From an uncultured delta proteobacterium (GTDB taxonomy: Bacteria > Desulfobacterota > Binatia > DP-6): DNA of 64,000 nt. Positions 19,109-28,909 of this stretch are shown here, one piece after another. The notes beneath the pieces are model-generated. The model saw nothing but the letters and a program-made list of their open reading frames with translations, made no database searches and was not told where the DNA came from. The stretch lies in the NCBI GenBank assembly GCA_963815115.1, contig CAWFFN010000007.1, positions 1,173,147-1,237,146 of the forward strand, written 5' to 3'. The position numbers and the translations under genes were made by a program. The stretch's first letter is position 1, and every line of letters starts with the position of its first letter.

Positions 19109-20419
19109 ATGGCCGAGAACGACGCCGTCCACGTGCTGACCGAGCAGGACCTGAATCGGCTCCAGCTGACTACGCTGCAGTACTACCTCCACGAGGCCAA
19201 CCCGGAGAACGGTCTCATCCGCGACAAGACGGAGAAGGGCGCGCCGGCCAGCATCGCGGCGGTCGGCCTGGCGTTGGCCTCCCTTCCGATCCTCGTCGAG
19301 CGAGGCGTGGTCTCACGGGAATTCGCGCCAGCGATCGCCCTGCGAAGACTCCGATTCTTCCGCGACAGCCCGCACGGACCCGAGCCGGACGCGACCGGCT
19401 ACCAGGGCTTCTACTATCACTTCCTCGACATGAAGACCGGTCGGCGCGTGTGGAGCTGCGAGCTGTCGACCATCGACTCGGCCTTCCTCTTCGCGGGCAT
19501 GCTCACCTGTGCTGCCTACTTCGACGGGGACAGCGAGGAGGAGACGGAGGTACGACGTCTGGCCGACGCCCTCTTCCGTCGAGCCGACTGGCGCTGGGCC
19601 CTGAACGGTGGGCCTGCGGTCTCCCATGGCTGGCGCCCCGAGGATGGCTTCATCCCGTACTGTTGGAAGGGCTACGACGAGGCCCTGCTGGTGTACATCC
19701 TCGGGCTCGGCTCGCCGAGCTTCCCGCTGCCGGAAGAGAGCTATCGAGCATACACGTCGACCTACCAATGGAGAGAAATCCAGGGGCGGGAGGTCCTCTA
19801 CTCCGGCCCCCTGTTCACGCACCAGCTCTCTCACCTTTGGATCGATTTCCGGGGTATTCGCGACACCTTCATGCGGGAGCGCGGCACGGACTATTTCGAG
19901 AACAGCCGTCAGGCGACCTACGTGCATCGGGAGTATGCAGTCCGCAACCCGCACGGCTTCGTCGGCTACGGGGAGCACTGCTGGGGAATCACGGCCTCGG
20001 ATGGCCCGGGCTGGACGACGCGGACGGTGGGAGGGGTCGAACGCCAGTTCTTCGACTACATCGCCCGGGGAGCGCCCGACGGCCCCGACGACGGAACGCT
20101 CGCGCCCTGGGTCGTACTGGCCTCGCTCCCCTTCACGCCGGAGATCGTGATCCCGACCATCGACCACATGGCGCAGCTGAACGTCGGGGTGAGCAGCCGC
20201 TATGGTTTCAAGCCCTCCTTCAACCAGACCTACGTAGTGGCGGAGAGCCCGACAGGCTGGTGGGTCACTCCCCACCACTTCGGCATCGACCAGGGCCCCG
20301 TGATCCTGATGATCGAGAATTACCGCACGGGCTTGATCTGGAACATCATGCGCCGATCGCCCTACATCGCGGCGGGATTGCGACGGGCCGGGTTCCGGGG
20401 CGGCTGGCTGGAGCCGTAG
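19109..20419 (+). CDS. GH144-like (glucoamylase/DUF3131 family) beta-1,2-glucanase
   Basis: NGLIRDK, ASIAAVG, GFYYHFLD, ELSTIDSA, GYDEALLVYILG, GPLFTHQLSHLWIDFRG, YFENSRQAT, WGITASDGP, GIDQGP, IENYR. Confidence 0.85.
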   Translation: MAENDAVHVLTEQDLNRLQLTTLQYYLHEANPENGLIRDKTEKGAPASIAAVGLALASLPILVERGVVSREFAPAIALRRLRFFRDSPHGPEPDATGYQGFYYHFLDMKTGRRVWSCELSTIDSAFLFAGMLTCAAYFDGDSEEETEVRRLADALFRRADWRWALNGGPAVSHGWRPEDGFIPYCWKGYDEALLVYILGLGSPSFPLPEESYRAYTSTYQWREIQGREVLYSGPLFTHQLSHLWIDFRGIRDTFMRERGTDYFENSRQATYVHREYAVRNPHGFVGYGEHCWGITASDGPGWTTRTVGGVERQFFDYIARGAPDGPDDGTLAPWVVLASLPFTPEIVIPTIDHMAQLNVGVSSRYGFKPSFNQTYVVAESPTGWWVTPHHFGIDQGPVILMIENYRTGLIWNIMRRSPYIAAGLRRAGFRGGWLEP

Positions 20420-20459
20420 CTCGCCGCCGTCGGTCGGAGCCCGCTGGAGGGATGCGCAC

Positions 20460-21176
20460 ATGACAGATGCGACGGAATCGGCGCCCCGTGGGCCCTTCTC
20501 CCTGCTCGGCAAGGTCGAGGGCGCCGAGAAGGCGTTCCTCGCCGGGCGCCGCAATCGCGAGGCGGATCTGGAGAGTGCGGTGGGCTTCTTCCTCGAGTTC
20601 CTGCGTGGCTTCGAGAGCTTCGATTTCGACGGGCCCTGCGTCACCGTGTTCGGCTCCGCGCGCTTCGCCGACGGCCATCCCTACTACCGGCTCGCGCGAG
20701 ACCTCGGCGCAGCCCTGGCGACGGCGGGCTACGCCGTCATGACCGGCGGCGGTCCGGGAATCATGGAGGCCGCGAATCGCGGCGCCCGTGAGGCGGGGGG
20801 CGTGAGCCTCGGCTGCAACATCCGGCTCCCCATGGAACAGAAGCCGAATCCCTATCTCGACTGCTTCATCGAGTTCGAGCACTTCTTCGTGCGCAAGGTG
20901 ATGTTGGTCAAGTACTCGACCGCCTTCGTGGTGATGCCCGGCGGCTTCGGCACCCTCGACGAGGCGTTCGAGGTCATCACGTTGATGCAGACGGGCAAGC
21001 TGCGGTCCTTCCCGCTGGTGGGCATGGGCGGCGACTTCTGGGCGCACCTGCGGAGCTTCGGCCTCGAGACGATGGTCGCCGAGGGCGTGATCAGCCCGCA
21101 GGACACGGATCTGATCCAGCGTGCCGACAGCGTCGAAGACGCGATCCGGATCATCCAGAGCCGCCCGGCCCCCTAG
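20460..21176 (+). CDS. LOG family protein (TIGR00730-like)
   Basis: VTVFGSAR, TGGGPGIMEAANRGA, EQKPNPY, FFVRKVMLVKYS, PGGFGTLDE. Confidence 0.9.
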   Translation: MTDATESAPRGPFSLLGKVEGAEKAFLAGRRNREADLESAVGFFLEFLRGFESFDFDGPCVTVFGSARFADGHPYYRLARDLGAALATAGYAVMTGGGPGIMEAANRGAREAGGVSLGCNIRLPMEQKPNPYLDCFIEFEHFFVRKVMLVKYSTAFVVMPGGFGTLDEAFEVITLMQTGKLRSFPLVGMGGDFWAHLRSFGLETMVAEGVISPQDTDLIQRADSVEDAIRIIQSRPAP

Positions 21177-21367
21177 ACTTCCCCTAGACTCGAGCGCGAT
21201 GGCCTCAGGCCGCGCGGAGCACGGCGTTCGCGGCGTCGAGGAATCCGCGATCGTGAGGACGGGCGCTGAATGCGAGAGTCTTCACGCTTCGCTCGCACCT
21301 GCCTGGCCGGTGCACTTTACAAGCGCGACCCGGCGCTGGCATCGTCGGCGCCTTCTCCGTCCGAGGG

Positions 21368-24300
21368 ATGCCGATGGCTCTGCCTGTCTCACCGCCTGCG
21401 CTCGTGTCCCACGCAGTGGGCGGACCCTGCGCCCGCCTGCTCTCGAACGGCGCGCTCACCAGCCTGGTGAGCGCGGAGGGTACCGGCTTCACGCACCTCG
21501 ACTGGCGGCGCATCACGAGCTGGACACCGGACCCCGTCGAGGATCACGAGGGCCTGTTCCTCTACCTGCGCGACGAGGAGGACGGCGCCCTCTGGTCGCT
21601 CGGACGCGAGCCCGTGGCCGGAGCGCCCGACCGCTACCACGTACGCAGCGAGCCGGGTCTGCTGCGCATCGAGCGCAGCGAGCGCGGCATCGAGGCGGTC
21701 TGCGAGATCGTGGTCGGCGCCGACCGTCACGCCGAGCTGCGGCGGACCCGGCTCCGCAACGCCGGCGCGCGGCCGCGCCGCCTCTCGCTCACGAGCTACG
21801 TCGGCGTCGTGCTGCACCATCCCGGCGGCCACGCCGGGCATCCCGGCTTCTCGAAGCTCTTCGTACAGACGAGCGTCGATGCCGCAGCAGGCGTACTCTT
21901 CGCGCACCGGCGGGCGCGCGGCTCGACGCCCGAGCCGCTGCATCTCGCGCACGCCTTGTTCGGTCCTGGTGCCGCGAGCTTCGAGACCGACCGGGCTCGC
22001 TTCGTGGGCCGCGGCCGTTCGCTCGCGTCTCCGGCCGCGCTCGACCCGGGCGCGAGCCTGTCCGGTTCCGTCGGCAACGTGCTGGATCCGATCGCGAGCT
22101 GGCGCCGCGAGCCGACACTCGCGCCGGGGGAGACTCTGGAGCTGCTCGGCGTCATCGCCCTCGCCGAGAACGAGGCGGACGCGCGCGCGCTCGCGCTGGA
22201 GATGGCGGCGCCGGGAGCGTTCGACGCCATGCGCGACGGCGCCGAGCGCCGTGCGCGAGCCGAGCGGGACCGCTGCGGGCTCGCACCCGAGCAGGCCGCC
22301 TACCTCGAGGCCCTGCTCGCGCAGATGCTCTACGGCGTTTCCGCCCTGCGCGCGCCCGCGGAGGTCTTCCGGCGCGTGCGGGGAACCCCGGACGATCTCT
22401 GGATGTTCGGGATCCCGCCCGACGCCCCGCTCGTCGTGATCGAGGACGGGCCCGCGGCCGCAGCGCTCGCGCGCGAGCTCGAGACGGCGATCGCGTACTG
22501 GTCGGGTTCCGGGTTCGCCGTGCGAGGGCTCGTCCTCGGCGGCGGCGCGCCGGCGAGCGAGGCGATCGCCGTGGCGAAGAGCGACGCCGATCCCCGTGCA
22601 GTCGACTCGGCGCGGGCGTGTGCACGCCTCGTGCTGTATGACTCGTGGCCTGATCTCGGGGTCGCGGCGCCGCCATCCAGGCGCGCCCACGCCTATCCGA
22701 GTCGAGCACGAGACGGGGCGCTCCCGCCGCGCGCCGGCGGCCTCCGTCTCGCGAACGGCATCGGCGGCTTCGCCGACGACGGCCACGACTACGTGATCGA
22801 CGTCCCCGGCACGCCCGAGGCGGGCGGGCTCCCGCCCATGCCCTGGGTGAACGTGCTCGCGAACCCGCGCTTCGGGACACTCGTCTCCGAGCGCGGCGCC
22901 GCGCACACGTGGAGCCGGAACTCGCGCGAGCACCGGCTCACGCCTTGGTCGAACGACCCCATCCTCGATCCCCACGGCGAGGCTCTCTGGGTGCGCGACG
23001 AGGACGCCTGCGCCTTCTGGTCGCCGCAGCCCGGGCCCACGCCCGGTGGAGCCCCCTACGAGACGCGCCACGGCTTCGGAACGTCGAGCTGGCGCCACCG
23101 CAGCCACGACCTCGATCAGGAGGTGACGACGCTCGTCGCCGCCGACGCGCCCGTGAAGCTGACGCGCCTGCGCCTCACCAACCTCGCGCGTACGACTCGC
23201 CAGCTCTCGGTCTTCTCCTACGCGCGACTCGTGCTCGGCGGCCTGGCAGAGGACATCGCGCACGCAACCGTCGTCGCGTCTGCCCGCGACCGCCGCACGC
23301 TGCTCGCGACCAACGGACTCGCCGGGGCCTTCGCCGACGGGGTAGCCTTCGCGTCCGTCCGGGCCACGGCCGTCGCGGCGGAGGCCTTCGTCACGGACGA
23401 CCGCGGCAGCTTCCTCGGCGTCGGCGGATCGGCCGCCTGTCCCCGTGCGCTCGTCGAAGACGCGACGCTCGACGGCACGAGCGGCGCGCGGCGCGATCCG
23501 TGCTTCGCGCACCAGGTGCGCTTCGAGCTGGCCGCCGGCGCCAGCGCCGAGTGCGTGTTCCTGCTCGGCGAGGGCCGGAGCGCCGCCGATGCCGAGGCGC
23601 TCGTCGTACGCTTCGGCGGAGCCTCGGCCTTCGACGACGCGCTGGAGGCCGTGCGCAGCCAGTGGGACAGCGTGCTCGGCGCCGTCGCGGTCGAGACGCC
23701 CGCCCCCGCCCTCGACCTGATGGTGAACGGCTGGCTCGCCTACCAGACGCTCGCCTGCCGCATCTGGGGCCGCACGGCCTTCTACCAGTCTGGAGGGGCA
23801 TTCGGCTTCCGCGACCAACTCCAGGACGCCGCGGCGCTCGTGCACGCGCGCCCGGATCTCACGCGCGCGCAGATCCTGCTCCACGCGGCCCACCAGTTCG
23901 TGGAGGGAGACGTCCTCCACTGGTGGCACCCGCCGCAGGACCGTGGCACGCGCACACGCATCTCCGACGACCTGCTCTGGCTGCCCTGGGTGACGGCGCA
24001 CTACGTCGCGACCACGGGCGACCGCGGCCTGCTCGACGAGACGGCCGGCTTCGTGACGGCGCGGCTGCTCGAGGCCGGCGAGGACGAGGCATACCTCCCG
24101 ACGGCGCCGGCTGGCGAGCGCGCGAGCGTATACGACCACTGCTGCCGCGCGATCGACCGCTCGCTCTCCGTCGGCGCGCACGGCCTCCCGCTGATCGGCA
24201 CGGGTGACTGGAACGACGGCATGAACCTGGTCGGCCGCGAGGGGCGGGGCGAGAGCGTCTGGATGGCGTTCTTCCTGTACGACGTGCTGCGGGTCTTCGA

Positions 24301-25192
24301 GCCACTCTGTGCCGCGCGCGGCGACACGGCGCGCGCCGAGCGCTACGCCGCGCACCGCGCGGCGCTGACGCGCGCGGTCGAGGAGCACGCGTGGGACGGC
24401 GCCTGGTATCGGCGCGCCTATTTCGACGACGGCCGCCCGCTCGGCACCGCGCAGGGCACCGAGTGTCGCATCGACGTGCTGCCGCAGGCCTGGGCCGTGC
24501 TCTCGGGGGCGGCGCCGCGCGCGCGTTGCGAGCGGGCGATGGACGCGCTCGAGCGCGAGCTGGTGCTGCCCGAGGGAAGACTGATCCGGCTGCTCGCGCC
24601 GCCCTTCGACACCAGCGACCCGACGCCCGGCTACATCCAGGGCTACGTGCCCGGTATCCGCGAGAACGGCGGGCAGTACACGCACGCCGCGACGTGGGCC
24701 GTGCGCGCGACCGCGGCGCTCGGCCGCCGCGAGCGCGCGCTCGCACTGCTCGAGATGATCCTCCCGCCGAACCATGCGCGGACACCCGAAGAGGTCGCGG
24801 TCTACCAGGTGGAGCCCTACGTGATGACGGCCGACGTCTACGCGGTGCCGCCCCACGTCGGGCGCGGCGGCTGGAGCTGGTACACCGGCTCCTCGGGCTG
24901 GATGCTGCGCGTCGCGCTCGAGTCGGTGCTCGGCCTGCGCATGGAGGACGGAGAGCGCCTCGTGTTGCGGCCCTGCGTCCCCGACGTCTGGCGGGAGTTC
25001 CGCCTCACCTACCGGCTGCCGGATGGGGTCACCCGTTACGCGATCCGCGTGCGCAGCACCGCGGGCTCGACCGCTCAGGTCGTCGGCGTGCGGGTGGACG
25101 GCAAGCCCCTCGCGCCGGTCGAGGGCGCCGCAGTGTGGCCGATCGCGCGGGACGGCGGGCGACACGAGGTCGATGTCGAACTCGGTCAGTAG
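21368..25192 (+). CDS. GH94 glycoside phosphorylase, stand-alone version of the cyclic beta-1,2-glucan synthase C-terminal region
   Basis: Two Glyco_transf_36-like N-domains (LLSNG..., PWVNVLANPRFG, NSREHRLTPWSNDP); YQSGGAFGFRDQLQD, GDVLHWWHPP, RTRISDDLLWL, GDWNDGMN, RENGGQYTH, GRGGWSWYTGSSGW. Confidence 0.9.
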   Translation: MPMALPVSPPALVSHAVGGPCARLLSNGALTSLVSAEGTGFTHLDWRRITSWTPDPVEDHEGLFLYLRDEEDGALWSLGREPVAGAPDRYHVRSEPGLLRIERSERGIEAVCEIVVGADRHAELRRTRLRNAGARPRRLSLTSYVGVVLHHPGGHAGHPGFSKLFVQTSVDAAAGVLFAHRRARGSTPEPLHLAHALFGPGAASFETDRARFVGRGRSLASPAALDPGASLSGSVGNVLDPIASWRREPTLAPGETLELLGVIALAENEADARALALEMAAPGAFDAMRDGAERRARAERDRCGLAPEQAAYLEALLAQMLYGVSALRAPAEVFRRVRGTPDDLWMFGIPPDAPLVVIEDGPAAAALARELETAIAYWSGSGFAVRGLVLGGGAPASEAIAVAKSDADPRAVDSARACARLVLYDSWPDLGVAAPPSRRAHAYPSRARDGALPPRAGGLRLANGIGGFADDGHDYVIDVPGTPEAGGLPPMPWVNVLANPRFGTLVSERGAAHTWSRNSREHRLTPWSNDPILDPHGEALWVRDEDACAFWSPQPGPTPGGAPYETRHGFGTSSWRHRSHDLDQEVTTLVAADAPVKLTRLRLTNLARTTRQLSVFSYARLVLGGLAEDIAHATVVASARDRRTLLATNGLAGAFADGVAFASVRATAVAAEAFVTDDRGSFLGVGGSAACPRALVEDATLDGTSGARRDPCFAHQVRFELAAGASAECVFLLGEGRSAADAEALVVRFGGASAFDDALEAVRSQWDSVLGAVAVETPAPALDLMVNGWLAYQTLACRIWGRTAFYQSGGAFGFRDQLQDAAALVHARPDLTRAQILLHAAHQFVEGDVLHWWHPPQDRGTRTRISDDLLWLPWVTAHYVATTGDRGLLDETAGFVTARLLEAGEDEAYLPTAPAGERASVYDHCCRAIDRSLSVGAHGLPLIGTGDWNDGMNLVGREGRGESVWMAFFLYDVLRVFEPLCAARGDTARAERYAAHRAALTRAVEEHAWDGAWYRRAYFDDGRPLGTAQGTECRIDVLPQAWAVLSGAAPRARCERAMDALERELVLPEGRLIRLLAPPFDTSDPTPGYIQGYVPGIRENGGQYTHAATWAVRATAALGRRERALALLEMILPPNHARTPEEVAVYQVEPYVMTADVYAVPPHVGRGGWSWYTGSSGWMLRVALESVLGLRMEDGERLVLRPCVPDVWREFRLTYRLPDGVTRYAIRVRSTAGSTAQVVGVRVDGKPLAPVEGAAVWPIARDGGRHEVDVELGQ

Positions 25193-25474
25193 AGCAGCCG
25201 CATCTCGGCCGGCAGCTCGGGCAGCATCAGCTGTCGCGGGTCCGCGGCGCGCCGCGCGCGTCGCCGCCGGGTCGCGGTCGGCATGCTGGAGGAGATCGGG
25301 CCGGCGATCCGCGAGAGCGATCTCTCGACGCGGGAGGAAGGGCTGGAGTCCGCCGCGGCACCCCTCGATCGCTTCACGTCCATGGCCGACGTGGTGGACG
25401 CGGTCGGCGTGCAGCCCGCGCAGAGTGCGCCGTTCAAGCAGCTTCTCTTGTGACACTCGTGATGGGGCGCTGGT

Positions 25475-26230
25475 TCATTCAAATCTCAGCGCCTTTAGGG
25501 GGGCGTCGCTGAGCTGCATCAGCCCGGCGCGCGGGTGGTCGAGATCGATGGTGATCCACACCGAGGTGCCGATCAGGAGCGCCAGTGACACGGTCAGCGG
25601 CGCACGTCTCCGCCCGCCGAGTCCACACCCGTATCCGATGACGCCGACCGCGAGCACGCAGCACGCGATGAGCAATCCCATCACGAGCGGCGGAAGGCGC
25701 TTCCGTGCGGCGGCCAGGCGGGTGGCGTGCAGGTCGATGACCTCGTTGACGGGCGCGAGGACCGCGAGCATCGTCGCTGGCCGGGCCGTGACCCCGGCGC
25801 GGGCCGCGTTCCAGATCCGGGCGTGGAGGCGCTCGACTTCCTCGCGGTCGGCGGGCTGCGCACCTGCGCGGAGCCGGCTGGAAACCTCGATGCGGTTCTT
25901 GGTGTAGCGTTGCAGAGCCGCACGCAACTCCGACCGGTGGGGCTCGTCCAGCAGGTCCGCGCGCAGGTAGGCCGTGCCGATCGCGTTTGCCTCCTGCACG
26001 ACCAGGTCCTGCCGCTCGAGGAATCGTGCGCCGGCCGCTGCGAAGCTGAAGGCGAGCAGGAGCCCCAGCAGGCCGAGAAGCGCTCCTTGGATGGCGCCGA
26101 CCTGGCTGCTCAGGGTGGCGTCCGCGCCACGGGTCGCGCGCCGACCGATCCGGAACCCGGCTTCGAGCGCGACGAGGAGGAGAAGGAGCAGGCCGGCGGC
26201 GACGGAAATGTCCTGGATGATGGGGATCAC
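25475..26230 (-). CDS. DUF4239/bestrophin-like membrane protein
   Basis: LLGLLGLLLAFSF, EANAIGTAYLRADLL, LDHPRAGL. Confidence 0.8.
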   Translation of the reverse strand: MIPIIQDISVAAGLLLLLLVALEAGFRIGRRATRGADATLSSQVGAIQGALLGLLGLLLAFSFAAAGARFLERQDLVVQEANAIGTAYLRADLLDEPHRSELRAALQRYTKNRIEVSSRLRAGAQPADREEVERLHARIWNAARAGVTARPATMLAVLAPVNEVIDLHATRLAAARKRLPPLVMGLLIACCVLAVGVIGYGCGLGGRRRAPLTVSLALLIGTSVWITIDLDHPRAGLMQLSDAPLKALRFE

Positions 26231-26395
26231 GGTCGGCTACTCTCCGAATGATTCTCGTGCTCACGAGGTTCGTCAACGGGGATCGGCCCGCTGTCGCGGG
26301 CTCCTGCTTGTGCGAGATCGTCGCTGCACAGCAATCGCCTCCGCCATCGTGCGGTCTCTAGTCGATCGCTCCCTGCCTGAACAAGCGGGGCCGGC

Positions 26396-26860
26396 TCACT
26401 TCCTGCGTCCGCCGCGGCGCTTCCGGATGGGTACCCGCAGGGTCAGCACGGGGACGGTGGCGTGCCGAACGACCCGCTCGGCAACGCTCCCGATGAGGAA
26501 GTGGGACAGCCCGGTGCGCCCGGACGTCGCCATGACGATGCTGTCCGCCCGACGGGCGGCGTCGATGATGCGCTGAGACGCATCGCCGATGTCGACCCGC
26601 ACCGTCACCGGCGGCCCACCGGCTCCCAGCACCTTGGTCACCAGGCGCTGGAGAACCTGGCGCTGCTCGGGGAGCAGATCGCGCACCGCTGGTATGCCGA
26701 ACGAGGTGTCAGCGGGCATGTAGAACGGCACGAGCACATGCAACACGGTGAGCTTGCCCCGGTTCTCCTTGGCGAGCTGGGCGGCTGTCTTGAGCGCGAC
26801 GGTCGCCTGGCTGGAGAAGTCGTGGGGGACGAGGATGTGGCGAAAGAGGCTTCGAGCCAT
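26396..26860 (-). CDS. Universal stress protein (USP)
   Basis: FRHILVPHDFS, LTVLHV, IVMATSGRTGLSHFLIGSVAERVVRHATVPVLT. Confidence 0.92.
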   Translation of the reverse strand: MARSLFRHILVPHDFSSQATVALKTAAQLAKENRGKLTVLHVLVPFYMPADTSFGIPAVRDLLPEQRQVLQRLVTKVLGAGGPPVTVRVDIGDASQRIIDAARRADSIVMATSGRTGLSHFLIGSVAERVVRHATVPVLTLRVPIRKRRGGRRK

Positions 26861-26885
26861 CACTGCTCCCTTCTCGGACCGCGAG

Positions 26886-26942
26886 ATGATGATCGAGCGA
26901 TGCGCCGGACTCGACGTGCACAAGGACACGGTGATGGCGTGA
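26886..26942 (+). mobile_element. IS110-family transposase N-terminal remnant
   Basis: MMIERCAGLDVHKDTVMA-stop, the first DEDD motif of IS110 recombinases. Confidence 0.65.
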
Positions 26943-27037
26943 CTCTCCCCCGCGCCCGTGAAGGCGGATGTGGCCGATCATGCGAGCCCACGGCCCGGAA
27001 GCGGCTCGCCCGGCGCATGAAGCCGGTCCGATGCCGA

Positions 27038-27524
27038 TCAGGTCATAGGACCTCGGCACTCCCTCCGCAACGAGGCGACCTTCGGCTGCACCAGTCGCGC
27101 GAAGTCCGCATAGGCCATGTGCACCGTCTGTTCATGGGTGCCGGCGTTGAAAGACGATCTCCTCGTCCCGTGTGAGCGCCTCGTCGATCACCACCGGGAT
27201 CCCATAGAGGTTCCCCAGCGGCGGCATCGCGCCCAGGTCGCAGTCCGGGAAGAGGCGGGCGAACTCCACCTCCGTCGCCAGGCGCAGGTCCGTTCTTCCG
27301 ACCGTTTTCCCCAGGGGCTCGAGGTCAACGTGGTACGGGGCGGGCAGCACGGCCATGAGGTGCTCGTCGCCCTTGCGCACGATCACAACCTTCGCCATCT
27401 CGCGCCCGGGAACGTGCTCAGCCGCGGCGACCTCCTGCGCCGTGAAGGCACGCCGGTGCGACCGCACCTCGTAGCGGACCCGGTTCGCGTCGAGGAACTC
27501 CTTCAGCTTCGTGAGGATCGGCAT
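27038..27524 (-). CDS. YbaK/EbsC family aminoacyl-tRNA deacylase (copy A, extra T in a homopolymer near 27150)
   Basis: AFTAQEVAA, MAKVV, MAVLPA, GAMPPLGNLYG; after the frameshift NAGTHEQTVHMAYADFARLVQP. Confidence 0.8.
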
Positions 27525-27543
27525 GGCTCCCTCCTCGTGCCGC

Positions 27544-28319
27544 TCATTCTTCCTCCGACGGCGGGCGGTCGGGCGGCACATAGTCCAGCCCTTGCTCGGT
27601 GTTCTCGATGATGTCCTCGGTACCGACGGGCTCGAACCCCTCCGGCCGCACGCGTTCGGTGGGTTCCGACCGGCCACGGGGGGGCCGCTCCCGAAGGAAT
27701 TCGTTTACCTGCATGCGATCGGCGACGTCCTCGCAACCCGCGACGTCGGTCACGAGCTTCAGGAGGATCTGGTGCGCGGCCTCGCTCGGCACGGCGCCCT
27801 GGAGATGTACCACGCCGTGACGGCACACGATCCGGAGCTCGTGCATGTCGACGCGGCCATCCTCACGGACGAGGTCCCGCAGCATCCCTTCGACTTCGCG
27901 ATCCAAGAGTGGCTCGAGGTCCGGGGGCAGGCGCCCCGGGTGGCGAGGCTCGGCTGTCACAGGCGCTTCAATCCCGGTCCCCTCCGCCTCGCGTGCGCAC
28001 TCCACGCAGAAGAGGGCGGCCGGACCGCCCGGAGGCGAGCCAGGGGAATCGCACGGCCGCAGTCGGGGCACTTGCCGTAGGTCCCATCGATCATCCGTTG
28101 CAGGGCGGCGTGGATCTCCTGCATTTCCCGCAGGCTGCGATCGTCCAAGCGAGAGAGGATGCGGGCGGCGCGCTCGCCCTGTGCCCACTCCTCGAGTCCG
28201 GCCTCGCGTTCCTCCGCGATCGATCGGAGATCGGCCTCGGCATCGAGGAACTCCTTCAGAAGCGCCGCCCGCTTGCGCCGCAGCGCGTTCACCAGCTCGC
28301 CACGCGTCCGGGCATCCAT
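27544..28319 (-). pseudogene. TraR/DksA C4 zinc finger - BON fusion (copy A, frameshift near 28025)
   Basis: GTYGKCPDCGRAIPLARLRAV / PAALFCVECA in different frames; BON-like GVVHLQGAVPS; collinear with the intact copy at 60436-61212. Confidence 0.8.
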
Positions 28320-28332
28320 GTCATCGAGCGAG

Positions 28333-28349
28333 AGCAAGGATCACGCCAG
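28333..28349 (-). promoter_or_regulatory. sigma54 -24/-12 promoter (copy A)
   Basis: CTGGCGTGATCCTTGCT (GG-N10-GC), 13 nt before ATG 28319. Confidence 0.65.
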
Positions 28350-28474
28350 CTCAGCCTCCCGGCCCGCGGGTTGACGGCGTATCCAGCCGAGAGCTGGTCT
28401 CGTGCCTGGCAGCTCGTGCCTGGCAACTGGAGCTGCGAGAATTCCCGTCGCCGCGAAAAGCATTTCCCCCCTAT

Positions 28475-28625
28475 CGCGTGCTTGGCCGCGCCGTAGGCGG
28501 AGCGCAGCGAGGCGAACGGGATACGCCCCAGCATCGATGACATGTTGATAATGTGGCCCCGCTGCCGCTCCTTCATGTGCGGCAGCACTGTCTCCATGCC
28601 GTAGAGCGCCGACTTCGCGTTGACG
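28475..28625 (-). pseudogene. SDR dehydrogenase internal fragment
   Basis: VNAKSALYGMETVLPHMKERQRGHIINMSSMLG...SAYGAAKHA (YxxxK). Confidence 0.75.
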
Positions 28626-28909
28626 AGCGCCCATCGGGCGCTATGGCCCAACTACCCGGGCCCCCGTGGGCGACGCCGTGCATTTCGGCCAGTACGGCAA
28701 CAGGCCGTACCGGGGATGACGGCCGACTCCCTCGGAGTCGGCGGTGGTGCGCCCCGCAGGTGAGCACCCGGTCCATCTGACAGCGCGGCCTCAGAGGCGC
28801 CCCCTACGGGGTCGCCCTTCACAGCGGCCGCCCGTTTTCCACGACGCCCAACACGGGGACGACGGCTTTCAGGGAATGCCCGGCTTCCTCACCGAAGGTG
28901 CTCCCAGGC

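Noticed and set aside
21389-25456. 1355-aa minus-strand ORF
   Set aside because: Antisense shadow of the GH94 gene, expected with high GC3 codon usage.
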